Of a DNA stretch of 64,000 bases, positions 24,051-41,100 are shown piece after piece. Under the pieces are notes generated by a model. That model made no database searches. It saw nothing but the letters and a program-made list of their open reading frames with translations, and was not told the DNA's origin. The stretch's first letter is position 1. Every line of letters starts with the position of its first letter. The translations under genes and the position numbers were made by a program. This DNA comes from Balamuthia mandrillaris (Eukaryota): positions 124,001-188,000 of the forward strand of contig JAVKOQ020000044.1 in the NCBI GenBank assembly GCA_031835245.2. The letters run 5' to 3'.

Positions 24051-25931
24051 TTAGAACTTGAAGTCCTTATACTTTTTCTTATCGGAGGACTTGGACTTTT
24101 TCTTGGTGGCAGCGCCAGCAGAGGTTGCCTCCTCCTCGTCCAAGGCGGAGCCAGCGATGGGGCGTTGTTGGGTGGCGGCCACGTGCGTCTCGTACTTAGC
24201 TTTGAGCACGTCATCAGTGAGATTTTCGAGCTCGCTGGGGTTGAGGGTAATGTCCACTTCCTTCGTCTTTTGGCTCTTGATGAGGTTGACCAACTCGGGA
24301 CCCTTCTTTCCTTTGGCGCCAGCAGCAGCTGCGGCAGCAGGAGCGCCAGGCAGCTGGTAAGTATGAGCAGAACCAAAGGCAGCTGAGCCCACTTGGGCGG
24401 CCTGCTGTTGGAGCACTTGGAAGAGTGGCCGCTGTTCTTGTTCTGGTTCGTTGGTTGCAATCCTCTTCCTAAGGTCGATGGTATCGGGAGTTTCGATGCC
24501 GGTGGGAGTGGCCAGACCTGCCGCAAGCTGAGCGGCCGGTCGAGCAGCCTCTTGCAAGGAGGCTTCCTCCTGGTCGGCCTCTTCCTCTGATTCCTCCTCG
24601 GATTCCTCTTCGTCGGAGGAGGAATAGCCTTCCTCTTCCTCCTCTTCCTCCTCCAGCTCTCCCCAGGGCTTGCGCTCGATAGGCTGGGCGTACTGGGAAA
24701 GAGTGGTGGCAGTGGTACCAAAGACGTCGCCGTAGAGGGGCCTTCCCCACTGATCGACAGGGGGCTTACCCCAACCTCCTGGCTGATAGCCAAACTGAGC
24801 GCCAAGAGGTATGGGGGCGTTGAGGCCAGGAATCTTGAGGTTAGGATAGGACGGCGGAGGCCCGTAGCGCTGCATGTTGATGAGCCAGGGAGGAGGTGCA
24901 CCCTCCGGCATGCCCAGCGCCTCCTTCAGCTCGTCGGAGAGAGCTCCTGGCCTCTTCTCTTTCAGCTTGACTTGATACTCCTTGCCCTCGTAGTACTGTT
25001 CTCCATGGATTGTGAGCTTGGGCTTGGTCTGGTAGCGGAAGAACGCGTCATGCAGGATGCGATAGTCAATGTCCAGCCGACCCATCTTTGGCTGCATTCG
25101 CTCTCGCTGTTTCTGCTTGGCTTTCTTCTGCTCGTCGGCCTCTTGCAGGGCCTGTCGTATGCGCGATATGCCCGTCGCTGCGATGAAGTCAGGCAGCTCG
25201 AAGGGCGGTTTCTCTATGCCTCTCTTGTTTTGAAGGTACTTGCGTTTCTGACACCAGTGTCTGGGCACGGGCACCGTATTACGGTAGCTCTTCAGATAGA
25301 CCAGCAACTCTGGGTCCGCTGCTGTTACATCCCATGCCTCCACCACGTCTGGTCGCTCTACCACTTGCTTCAAAGCTGCCACGCTCTTTCTCTTCTCTTT
25401 TTTCCGTTGCCGGTTGGACATGTGCTTCACGTGTTCATTATCCTCGTCCTCGTTGTCTTCTTGCTGTTCCTTACCACTCCCGCGCGCCTCACTCTGTAGC
25501 GCACCGTCCTCGTCTAGCTGCTGTTGTTTGTCTGACAGCAGTTCCTCCACCGGAGCGAAGCGCGAAAATATGTTTCGAAAGTGCTCCAGAATGGGCTCCT
25601 CTCCCAGTGGCGCGGACACGTACTCCACCTCCACTTCTTCCTCGTTGTTGTTGGCCTCTCCTTCCGCTTCTTCTTCTTCTTCTTCTTCTTCTTTCTTTAT
25701 GCTCGACAACAAGTTATTGTGTTGTTGTCTCCTCGCTTTCTTGTTGTTTTTGCTCTTCTTCTTTTTCTTACGGGGCCGCTTCCTCTTCTTCTGTGCTGCA
25801 GCCGCTGCTGCACTCAGCGAGGCCTGTCCAGCACTATTGTTGTTGCTTGATGTGTCACGGTTTAATTCGCCGCTTCTGTGAACACCACCAGCTACAGCCA
25901 TGGAGGTGGTTTGATCTTCTTCTGCACCCAT
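24051..25931 (-). CDS. SF3B2: Splicing factor 3B subunit 2 (SAP145/Cus1), intronless
   Basis: LKQVVERPDVVEAWDVTAADPELLVYLKSYRNTVPVPRHWCQKRKYLQNKRGIEKPPFELPDFI; PPPWLINMQRYGPPPSYPNLKIPGLNAPIP; terminal KKYKDFKF. Confidence 0.97.
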   Translation of the reverse strand: MGAEEDQTTSMAVAGGVHRSGELNRDTSSNNNSAGQASLSAAAAAAQKKRKRPRKKKKKSKNNKKARRQQHNNLLSSIKKEEEEEEEEAEGEANNNEEEVEVEYVSAPLGEEPILEHFRNIFSRFAPVEELLSDKQQQLDEDGALQSEARGSGKEQQEDNEDEDNEHVKHMSNRQRKKEKRKSVAALKQVVERPDVVEAWDVTAADPELLVYLKSYRNTVPVPRHWCQKRKYLQNKRGIEKPPFELPDFIAATGISRIRQALQEADEQKKAKQKQRERMQPKMGRLDIDYRILHDAFFRYQTKPKLTIHGEQYYEGKEYQVKLKEKRPGALSDELKEALGMPEGAPPPWLINMQRYGPPPSYPNLKIPGLNAPIPLGAQFGYQPGGWGKPPVDQWGRPLYGDVFGTTATTLSQYAQPIERKPWGELEEEEEEEEGYSSSDEEESEEESEEEADQEEASLQEAARPAAQLAAGLATPTGIETPDTIDLRKRIATNEPEQEQRPLFQVLQQQAAQVGSAAFGSAHTYQLPGAPAAAAAAGAKGKKGPELVNLIKSQKTKEVDITLNPSELENLTDDVLKAKYETHVAATQQRPIAGSALDEEEATSAGAATKKKSKSSDKKKYKDFKF

Positions 25932-26356
25932 GCTGCTTCTTCTTCTCTCTGCGGTGACTGGTACTACACGGCTGCTGCTGGCTTTTTGTTTTTTGTTTTT
26001 TTTTTTGGGGTGTTGGTGTTGATGTTGGGCCTCCTCTCTTCTCTTGGTTGTTGTGGGGTTTCTTTGTTTTCTTTTTTTTTTGCGTCTGAGGGGTGGTTTG
26101 GCGTGGAGAAAGTTCGCAGATTATTATTTCGTCTATCGATAATATTATTGAATAACGATAATAATTGATGATTGAATATTCGCAATAACGACATTCCGCG
26201 CATGGCAGGCAGCGGAACCGCACCTGCGGGTTACAGAAGGACCGCCGCCCCTTCTCTGAATAACGTTTGTTCGGTGAAGTTCGTTCGACGTTGTCACCTC
26301 CCCTGCTGCCCCCCTGAAAATGTGTGGCGAGTCCAGCCCCTCTCTGGCCAAATACA

Positions 26357-29981
<3,625 letters not shown>

Positions 29982-30063
29982 AATCATTAAAACTCACAAC
30001 AACAGCAAACAGATTGCATTCAGGTTGGTGGAACATTTTGAAGCAAGCACATGGGTTCTGTGT

Positions 30064-32776
30064 TTACATCTTGCGAACAGGAGTAATGCCCAGAATTGTC
30101 ATAGCTTGTTCCAGCACTTTTTCCACAGCAAAACACAAAAGCAACCATTCTTGCTTCTTGCTTTGATCTTGGCAGTGAAGGATGTGGCACCGCTCATAAA
30201 ACTGGTGAAACTTTGTAGAGAGCCGGTACAAATACTCACATAGCAGATGCAGTTGTAGCCGATCCTCCACTGTCTGCATTACATCTGAAAATTGGAGTAA
30301 AGCGACCGCAAGGTCCCTTGCTTCTTTCTCTTGGTAGGGGCTCCGCATGTCTATTTCGTGGCCACTACCTTGCTGCGTCGGTTGTGATGGCAGTAATAGG
30401 CGGTGGTCCAAGCCCAAACTCACTTGCCGCCGAATAGATTGAATGCGAGTAAAGGCATACATCATGTAGACGGCCGTATTACCCTTGAAGGATAGCATTC
30501 GTGGAAAAGAGAATATATAGTCAGAAGAACGGTGATGAGACAACTCGAAATACTTAATGGCAGCGTAGGCTAGCTTCTCCGCTATTTCGTGAATCTCTTG
30601 TTCTTCTTCCGGGTTGATGGTGGTTGAGGGCGTGGTATGGGAGGTAATAGGGAGTGTAGTTGTTGTTATGTTTTCTGGTTGCTTCTGTGTTAAGCGATTA
30701 GAAACCTGGGGAAGGGCACCGCTTTGGCGTGCCTCGGCTTTCATCAAAGACAAGGTAGTCCTAACAACAGAAGTAGCCTCCTCAATACCGTCGTCCATCA
30801 ACTTGCTAAGAGAAAAGGGTGTGCCGTCCCGAGAGCGAAGTCGTTTACCATCTTCTCCTTGTACCACCCCAAAAGTGACGTGGTCTACCCTTGTCACAGC
30901 AGGGTCATACCAGCCGGCAAGCCTTGCTGTCTGCAGAGAGTAGGTGTGAGCGATTGCCACCAAGAGGGAGCAAGAAGGATATGCGGATGGAGGGATGGAA
31001 TGCATGCCTCTAAGACCATCTGAAAATGAAGGGATTGGGCGTGATCAGTGACATATATGATCCAGTCACAGTTGAGCTGATGGATTCGATGCTTTAGCGC
31101 TGCAAGGTCAGTGGTACTATAGAGATGAGCACCATCATTTTTCTCGATGATAAAGGGTGGGAGGTTGGTTTGCTGTGCGAGAAGTTCGCTGGAGCTCTCA
31201 CTCGGCTTGAAGAAAACACACTTTGCTCCCTCGTTCTCCACAGCAATACCTTTGTCCATCAGCTCTTTCACAATTCCTGGCAACATATCCCGGTAAAATG
31301 ACTCTCCTCTTTCCTGCACTGTTACTTCAAGTCGTCTGTAAATGTCTTCAAAGGAAGCCCTACTAGCCTCGCAAATGCGGTTAAAGGTATTCCACACCCT
31401 AGGAGAGGCTCTTTCTCCCTGCTGTAACTCACGAGCCAGGGCATGAGCCAGCTTGCAAAATTCCGGATCAGCTTCAGTGCGCTGCTTGCCTTCCGCATAG
31501 AGGGCGGAGAGCTGGGCAGCATTCAGGCTTGCGACGCTGCTGTGACCTGTTTTGTCCTCCACCTCAAACACCATCGCTAACACGATACCCATCGGATATC
31601 CAAAATCTCCCACATGGCTGATGCAGTATCGTAGAAGTTATAGGAAATGGGTGACAGCGAAAGGATTTGTTAGCTAATGTTCCTTTTGTTTTGAAGGTTA
31701 GATCACTCACCTTATTCGCTCCACGTGATGTCCTGAATACAACTCGAGTAGGTTAGCCAGAGCGTTGCCTTGGATAATAGAGCGTAGATGCCCTACATGC
31801 AAATCTTTGGCCATGTTTGGCGAAGCAAAGTCGACCAGCACTTTCTTTCTGGGCCGTCTTGCCTGTTGTTGCTGCAACTGATGAGGGGCAGTAGCATGAT
31901 TCGTTTGGGTGGTCTGATATGTTGTTCCAGCTCGTTCAGTTTGCAATATCTGCTCCACTTGGCGATAGAGCCAGTGGGGACGGAGAGTTACAGTGATGAA
32001 GCCCCCTTTCACCACTTCTATCTTGTCTATCATGGCTATAGTGTGGCTTTCTTTGTCATCGCGTGCGCCATGCCTATCACGTTCTAAGGACTGCATTAAC
32101 TGGTTGGCGATTTGTGTGGGAGGCTGTTTGAGGGCCTTGCCTATTGCAAATGTGCCGGTGAACTGGTAGTCGGCTTTGCTCTTTGTGGGCGGTGCTTGGG
32201 TTACTGTCATCGTTTTGTCGAATGCGACCTGTCTTAAAAGCGGCGAGTTAGTAAGAAAGAACTGAAAATGAAGCAGGAGCAAAGCGGTTGCACACACTCT
32301 GTGGGGAACGTCTTGAGGACCGCTTCTTCAAAGAGGTCCTGCAGCAAAAACTGTGGCCCCAGTCGTCTCTTTCCATGTTCATCCTCAAACAACTGCACAA
32401 AAGGGTGTCAAGGTTGTTTCTTTCTTTTCCTTTCTCTTGTTGCTCAACAAGTTGGAACTTTTGAACAGGTAAGATAAAGTACCGTAATTCTTTGGCCCTG
32501 GTTACAAGCGGCGGTGTGACGTAGTGGTGGCTGGTTGGCGGAGTAGCGCCGTAAGTTACTCCACATGGAAGAGCAGCCATGCACAAACCACAACCCTCTG
32601 CTGCTTCTGGGGTTGGCAACACAACTTCTTCTCCGTCCCAAAAAGAGTAGGGGTGTGGCTGGTAATAGTGGCGTTGTTCCTGTAGCTGCTGCTTTTGGCA
32701 CCGGCGGCGGAAGTGGAGAGCTGCAGGCTCCACGTAGAACAACGATATTTCTGTTTGCAGCCGCCGCCCCCAACAT
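30064..32776 (-). CDS. Arginyl-tRNA synthetase, probably organellar (N-terminal transit-like extension), multi-exon
   Basis: [21 protein letters not shown] (HIGH-type motif), [65 protein letters not shown]; the start is inferred. Confidence 0.92.
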
Positions 32777-33087
32777 GGTGTAAGGGAGGCCGCCCGAAGA
32801 AGACCTAATAATAATAATAATAATTGGGTGCAGCAGCAGCTGCTGTTGGAAGAAGACCAAGCCACCAAACCTCCCTCCCTCTCTTCCTCCTTTCTCAGCC
32901 GTTCTTTTTCCCTGTTGGTCTTTTCCGCCGACATCGATCAATCTTCAGGAATGATCTGAATGAATCCAGGTGACGTGGCACGGAGAGACTCAGGCAGAGA
33001 GGGAGAGAGGGAGAGAGAGAACAACCGCAGCAATACCCACAACAACCACGAGCAACCCCCATTTCCCATCACTCGAAACTCAACTGC

Positions 33088-34498
33088 ATGCAAACAACAA
33101 CAAGCCCACACAGCCCCAGCAAGGGGCCACCTGCCACTACCACCGCCTATAAAGACAATGCTAGACCAGCGGCAGCAGCAGGGCAGCCCCCACCCACAGC
33201 AGGAGGAGGGCTGCAGCCCCCACCAAGGACGCTAAGAGAACATCAGCAGCATCAGCAGGAGGTAGAGAATGAGGATGGTGGTGGTGGTTTCTCCATGTGG
33301 GGCAGACTCTCCTCCTTCACCCAACAATTCAACCAAATCACACGCGACGCAATTCAAGGCGAAGAAGATGAGATGGACAGCGTGCTGGCTGAACTGGAGG
33401 AGGTCAGGGCAGAGCTGGAGCACATGACCACCATGGTCGAAGCCCAAAATATAAAGGTTAGCCTCACCAGTCGCTCTTCTTCTCCCATAGCCCATAGATG
33501 TAACAATGCTGCTAATAACCTCTTGCTTCTGCATGTACGCGAACGTAGATAAAGCATTACGAGCAAGAGGTACTGGACTTGCGGCAGCAACAAACAGCAG
33601 CTGAACTGCAGATAGCAAGTGTAAATAGCGAATATCGCAAAATGATCAAAGAGAAGGAGGTATGTTATGGATTTACCTCTTCCTTGCTTGCTTGCTTCCT
33701 TCCTTTGGTTGTTTGCCTTGTTCGAAACATAGTTTTACTTACTTCCGGCCCAAAGGCTGCTCTTTCTATGCTGAAGTCGGAATGCTCAAAGCTGAAAGAT
33801 GACAACGAGCGGTTGCAGCACAGTCTCTACATAGCAAATAGCCAAGCAACCTTGTACCAACGCACTGAGGAAGGGGCTCCGTTTCAACAACAGCAACAAC
33901 AAACAGGGAATGTGGGAGCTCCCTCTCCTTCTACCTCACCTGCCACAGATTCTCCCCTGGCAATCAGCTTACTGGGCACACAGCTCAAAAACAGGACTCC
34001 CCAAAACTCACCGACAGCTGATAGTCACTTCAGCTTAGAAGTTAGTTTCTGTCCTCTTTATTTCTCTTTAGTTTATCTGTAGTGTTAACACATTGAACTT
34101 TAAACAGCTGCAGAAAGAACGAAACGAGATATGGACCTCTCTGCGTGCCTCGCTTGCTGAGTTGGGGCTTTCTGTGGATGACTTTGAGCATAACCCCAAA
34201 AGCCTGCCAGAGACCATTCAATGGTGGACCCGACAATTTGGTGCACTTCTCACTGAGGCTAACGCCCAGAAACAAATCTCCGAGGCAAAGTTGGTTGAGC
34301 GAACAAAGCAACTTGAACAGCGAATAGAAGAGCATGTTAATGCCCTCAAACAAAGCGAAGCACAACTATGGGCACATGAAGACACCTCCAACATGAAAGA
34401 AGCCTTCCCCAAGCTTTTGAACGAGCTGAACGTCTCTAAAATGACTGCGGACAAACTCCAGAAGCAAAACGATGAGCTTGCAAGGTTGATTTCTGTTT

Positions 34499-34539
<41 letters not shown>

Positions 34540-36039
34540 CTCTTTGCATATTTCAACTTGATTAATTTTTCGTGATTTTGCGAATGGTTTCTACTCAGAC
34601 GACTATCCGAGTTAGAGGAAGGTGAGAACGAGGAAACTCCTACGGGTTTGTCTGTAGACACTTATGAAAAGGTACTCCTATTAGTAAAACTTCAGCACGA
34701 ACGATCTAACTTTTTCATCACCACCAGGAAATCGAGCAGTTGAAAGCTAAATTGGAAAAAAGCCAGAATGCTTTGTCCCGTTTACGAGCTCATCTAATCG
34801 AACAAGAGGAACTGCATAACAAAGAATTGTTAGAAAGCGAGAACAGAGTGAAAGAGTTGCAGCAACGGTAGGCCGCTCAGTTGCTTTCCCTTCCATCAGT
34901 TTTTTTTTTTTGACTGATGACCTACCTGTTATGTTTAGAATGGCTCGTTACGTATCCCAGCAAAATGCTATCGATAGCACGACTGAACGGTATCAAAAGT
35001 TGTTGGTACGATTAACGATTGACTTCTTTAAATTCTTTTTTAACACCTCTTGTAGAAGGATTACGAGGAGAAGGAAGCTGAATGTACTCAAACTACGCAA
35101 GCTTTGCTTAATCTTCAAAATGTCCTAGAGCAATTCCAAGCACAACAGGACTCGCTCGTTCGTTTCGAAGTCTCAGCTCTGTCCTCAAAACTGGAAAAAC
35201 AAAAGGAGGAATGCCAACATTTGCGGGAGCAATGCGCTGAATACAAACTCAAAGAGAAGCGGTTGGAACTTGCGGAGAAGACCATAGAGCAACTGCGGGA
35301 CGACCTAAATCAAAAGTCAAGAGAAATAATCAAATATCAGGAGGAAGGTACCTTCTTCTCTCTTCTTCTCTTCGTGCCGTTCCCTTCTCTTACCATGCCG
35401 CAAAAAAAATGAACGCAAAGTGGAGCCGTTGCGGGAAGCCCTTGAAGAGAGCCTCCGGCGATTGCGTAATGCAGCAGAGAATGGCAAAAACTTGGTGGAC
35501 AGGTATGCGTGGGCACACATAAGCTTCTGAAGTGGCAGCAGCACTGCTAACATTTAAATACAATGCAATAGGCGACTCGTGTCGAAATTATTTGTGACCT
35601 ATTTCGAGCGCTCGGACAATAGGCTTGAGATCCTGAACCTAATGGCTAGCATCCTGGAGTTTTCAGAAGAGGAGAAATCCAAGGTACTCTCCCCTGCTTC
35701 TCACCCTGAAGCCCCTTGGTTATTAAACATCTGTTGTAGGTGGGTCTGATGCCTCTCAATAAGGGCAGCGGCTGGTCCCTATTTGGCAGGAGAGGAGGTA
35801 GTGACAAACAGAAAGAACCAGAGGACATCAAAACACAACGCACAGCACCCACACTCACAGACCTCTGGGTGGAGTTCCTATTGAAAGAAGCCTCTTCTGC
35901 GGCACAACAACAGCAAGCAACAAATAACATTGGAGAAGGAGGCGACGATAAAAACCCAGGGATGGATACCAGTGGCGAAGAGAGTGAAGTTCAAAAGAAT
36001 TCAGAGAACACCAAGGAAACTAAAGAGCTTAATACATAA
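33088..36039 (+). CDS. GRAB-domain golgin (GMAP-210/TRIP11/Rud3-like coiled coil), multi-exon
   Basis: Long coiled coil; C-terminal LVDRRLVSKLFVTYF...EILNLMASILEFSEEEK (GRAB) and LTDLWVEFLLKEA (GA1); amphipathic MWGRLSSFTQQFNQIT near the N-terminus. Confidence 0.78.
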
Positions 36040-36213
36040 CTATATTTCCACTAAGGCGCCTACATTAAACTTGCACATTTTGCAAATCTTGCACAAATGC
36101 ACCACGAGAGGGCAATGCATTCGCGGGGGTAGGACCCAATGCTGCCAGACCCTGTCCGTACAGCTCTTCTTTTCCCTTCGCCAAGATCAACACTGTTAAA
36201 AACAAAACGTGGG

Positions 36214-37264
36214 TCACAGCCGGGCACGCTCTTTGGTTGGGCTGGCCGCTTGATCTCCTACGCTTTCAGCTGATGCTGCTTTCCTATTTACTACAGGGAA
36301 GCGCATTTCCAGTATTCCTTCCACGCCGGCAGTAACCACTTGTCCTGCTTTTAAAGGGCCAACACCGGAGGGCGTTCCTGATCGTTGGTTGGTGCAGTTA
36401 GCAACCAAGTATCAATTCGCTGTGGAAACCATCTTCTCTCGTTCTTCTGTTGCTGTTTCCATAAGTCTCCGTGAGGAGGATGCATGCATACCTGTTAGAA
36501 TGAGGTCTCCAACGTCCAAGGTCATTATGGAGCTAATGTATTGAATCAAGGTTGGAACGCTATGCCACCACAGTCAGTAGGCAGTGGTAAGGTAATGGCA
36601 GAGGAAAGGGACGCTACCTGAAAATCATTTGGTTTGTGTTGCCCCTTTGTCGTTCAATGCCATCAACCTTGAGCCAAAGGGTGGTGTTGGTGGCGGCTGA
36701 GGGGAGGGCTGACTTGGGAATGAATGGGCTTATTGGACAAAACGTATCATAGCCCTTTGCTACAGTCCACGGAGTACCTTTCTTTTTCGCTTCGGCTTGC
36801 AGGTCTCTGCATGTGAGATCAAGGGCCAGAGCATAGCCTAAAAATATAAAACAGCACACAGGTAGTGTATGGTGGGGGCTTCACCAACATCATCATGAAA
36901 ATGTGGCTTTGAGTAGTACCTCCGACAAAATCCATCGCCTCTGTCTCCTTTATGTCTCTTCCCCTTTTACTGATGACTATACCAAGCTCCACTGTGAACG
37001 GACGGCAAGTCAGAAAGGAGAAGATGGGTGCAGACAGAGGGTGGAGTTGCCTTCATGGTGTACCTCCCCAGCGCCGAGGGGGAGCTCTATTGGGTTAGGT
37101 TCTAGCACGTAGCTGGAGGTTGGTTTTAAAAACAACAAGGGTTGTGCAGGTACTGCGTTTCCAAGTTCCAGGGCGTGCTCTGCATAGTTGCGGCCAACTG
37201 CCACTATCTTGCGACCCATCCCCCAAAATTGGGCGATGTTTACCCTGCTCCCGCTGATGCTCAT
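36214..37264 (-). CDS. FAHD1: Fumarylacetoacetate hydrolase domain-containing protein (acylpyruvase/oxaloacetate decarboxylase)
   Basis: KIVAVGRNYAEHALELGN..P..PLLFLKPTSSY, HHEVELG, YALALDLTCRDLQ, PWTVAKGYDTFCPIS, GDLILTGTPSGVGPL; ends ARL*. Confidence 0.93.
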
Positions 37265-37860
37265 CTCTTTCTTCACGCCGCCGCAGAGAGAAGAATGCCA
37301 GCAACTCTCTCACAACAGGGGGTCCGAGCGAGATGCCCTTGAGGCCAAAAAAAAAGCCAAGTTATTCAACTCGAACCCTCAACTGAAAACTATCCCCCCC
37401 AGAGGCCCATGGATTTGTGAAGGCATGCCAAATGTTCATTCAACACTTCTACCCAAAGGGGTTACACTAAGTAGCTTACTTAATGGTGCTATGTAGAGAA
37501 GTGCCGCTGGCCATGAGATGAAGCAGAAAGGATACGTCTCTCTTCGTTCTCGCACACCTACTCGCGAGAACGTCAAGACAACCGTGCTCTCATGGCGGAG
37601 GATTATCCGATCCCGCTACAAAGCTTCCTTGGACGAGCTACACCACGTTATAGCAAGAGGCTTTCCGGACCACATCTCCACGAATTAGTCTTTTGGGCCA
37701 ATGAGCATGTTTCCCGCCAAAACAACCCTTCCTTCTCCCACGTCTGTGAAGGCAAAGTGGTGGTCAATCACTACATTTTTACATGATGGAAAAAAAAATT
37801 GTTACCGACCGCTCACTAATGATTTCCTTTGTTTAAAACAGAACAGCATCACGAACCTCT

Positions 37861-38879
<1,019 letters not shown>

Positions 38880-38880
<1 letters not shown>

Positions 38881-41100
38881 TTGACCAAGCATGTGGATAT
38901 TGGCACTTCTTAATGGAGGAGCATACCACAAATATGTGTGCCTTCATTACGAAATCCAGTCAGTTTGAGCCTGTGATTATATTCAGACCTACTAACACTC
39001 CAGCTACATTCCAACAAGGAATGGACAAGATCTTCAGTGAATTCCAGAAATTTTCTTGGTGTCACATCAACAACCTCATCGTTTTTTCTTAGACATTTGA
39101 GGACCACCTTGTTCATTTACACAAGGTCTTTGAGCATCTCCATGAGTATCGACTCTATGTGAAGGTCAACAAATGCGCCTTCATGAAGGAGACAATGGAG
39201 TTCCTTGGAACACTATGAAGATGTGAGCCTAGATGCATGCCACAGAGAAGTAGAGGAAGGAACACACTTGTGGATTAATCTATCAATGTAATGAGTAGCA
39301 CAGTCAATGATATCCAGCAAGACAGCAGCAATGAAATATTGCACAGCAGCAGAAACCTCATCTTGATGCCAAAAGGAGCTTCAATGGCTGCACCTGCCTT
39401 GATCCTCATGCTCTCAAGGTCCTCTTCTTTTCCATCCCTGCAGTGCTTTCTGTTGTAGAGAATGTTCTTGGCTTCAAAGTTACTAGCTTCCTTTGTTGAG
39501 AACACATGGTGTCTAGCGACAGAATTAGTCCTGTGCAGAGCAAGGTCAAGGTGGTGCAAGATTGCCCTTGCCACACCACCAGGAAGCAACTGCAAAGCTT
39601 CCTTGGACTTGCAAACTACTATCACAAAGTTCATCCATCATCTCGCTGAGATGGTGAAGCCCCTCACCAACCTTACAAGCAAACAAAGTTCATGTGGAGC
39701 AACAAGCAGGAACAGGCTTTCCAAGGGATAAAGGAGGCTCTAATCAGTTCTCCTGTCCTTGCCTATCCAATGCTGAAAAGGACTTTTGGATCTGCTGTGA
39801 TGCCAGGGATTATGCCATCAGGGAAACTCTGGAGCAGAAAGGAGAGGATGGGCTGTACCATGTTGTAGCCTACAGTAGCAAGAAGCTTTTTGGTCTGCAG
39901 CTCAACTGGAGTGCTATGGAGAAGGAGGCTTACACCATTTTCTGACAGCCAGTCAGACAATGAAGACAACCGTGGGATACAGTCACAAGAAAATGGCTCC
40001 CCGCAGGTTTTACCAGATATGGAGTTGGATTCCGACTCATGGCTTGAGCTGCTGCATAATGACAATGAATTTTCATGGATCATTGAAGCCATTGAAGGCA
40101 ATGAGGAGGCATGTCAATGTAAGACACCTCATCAGTTGGTGCTCATGGAGCAGTGCTTCCTCCAAGATGAACATCTTTTACATGCAATTTGGCCTGATAA
40201 AGCCAAGGTCAAACAAGCTACTGTCCAACAACTCGTGCCCAAGGAGCTTAGGAACAAGATACTTCATCAGTTCCACGATGTTCCAACAGGTGAGCATTTC
40301 GGCCTTACAAAGATGTACTCTCACCTCATCATGCAGTACTGGTGGCCTGGAATTCACAAAGATGTGAAACGTTGGGTCAAGGGCTGTGTAGAATGCCAGG
40401 AGGTGAACGCTCCACGGAAGAAAGCTGATGGGCCATTGGGTCACATCATTGCAAACAAGCCAGGCAAGTTGGTCTGCATGGACCTGATTGGTGAGTTGCC
40501 CTTGATGGGTGAAGGGTACTGATACGCCTTGGTCACCATCAATGCCTTCACACATTGGCTGGACATTCATTCATTGAAGACAAAACAAGCAAAGGAAGGC
40601 CTTACTTGAGATCTTTGCAAGCACAGACCTCCCAAAGGAGCTTCTGTCTGATCAAGGAAGAGAGTTCATTAACAAACTCAACAACGAGCTTTTGATTCTT
40701 CTTGGCATCAAGTGAAAATACACCACAGCAGAGCAACCCCAAGGAAACCACATAGTTGAATGATACAATTGCATCCTTAAGGAGCAGCTTCAAAAACTCA
40801 TGAACTCCAGGCAACAAGCCTGGAGTTCATACCTTCCAATGCTACTTTATTCTTATCACCACGCACTGCTGCCAGGATGACAATTTACCCCTTACGAGCT
40901 AATGTTTGGGGGGAAGTCCAAGAGTAGACAACACTCAAAAAGAGAAGACGGAGAAATGGCATGGCAAGCTGGAGGATTAGTTTAAGGTTGGCAACCTGGT
41001 TCTCATTCACTCCAAAGCTACATCAGTAGGCAAGTCAAAAAAACTTCAATGTAGTTGAAAAGGAGGACCCTACAAGATTATTGAAATCTGTTCTTTGCAG
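38880..41100 (+). mobile_element. Ty3/Gypsy pol, C-terminal part (RT C-half, RNase H, integrase), decayed
   Basis: DQACGYWH, NTPATFQQGM, HINNLIVFS (from YIDD), KCAFMKETMEFLG, LQSFLGLANYYHKFI, CCDARDYAI...VVAYSSKKL, H..PTGEHFG...WWPGIHKDVKRWVKGCVECQ, VCMDLIG, GPYKIIE; many stops and frameshifts. Confidence 0.9.

Noticed and set aside
37518..37688. Possible IS607 TnpA N-terminal HTH (MKQKGYVSL...TVLSW)
   Set aside because: Similarity is too weak and no serine recombinase YARVS motif was found.
39430..39499. EAKNILY as the missing Fanzor RuvC-III (DRDxNAAxNI)
   Set aside because: No catalytic Asp or upstream zinc-finger cysteines; the match is probably coincidental.
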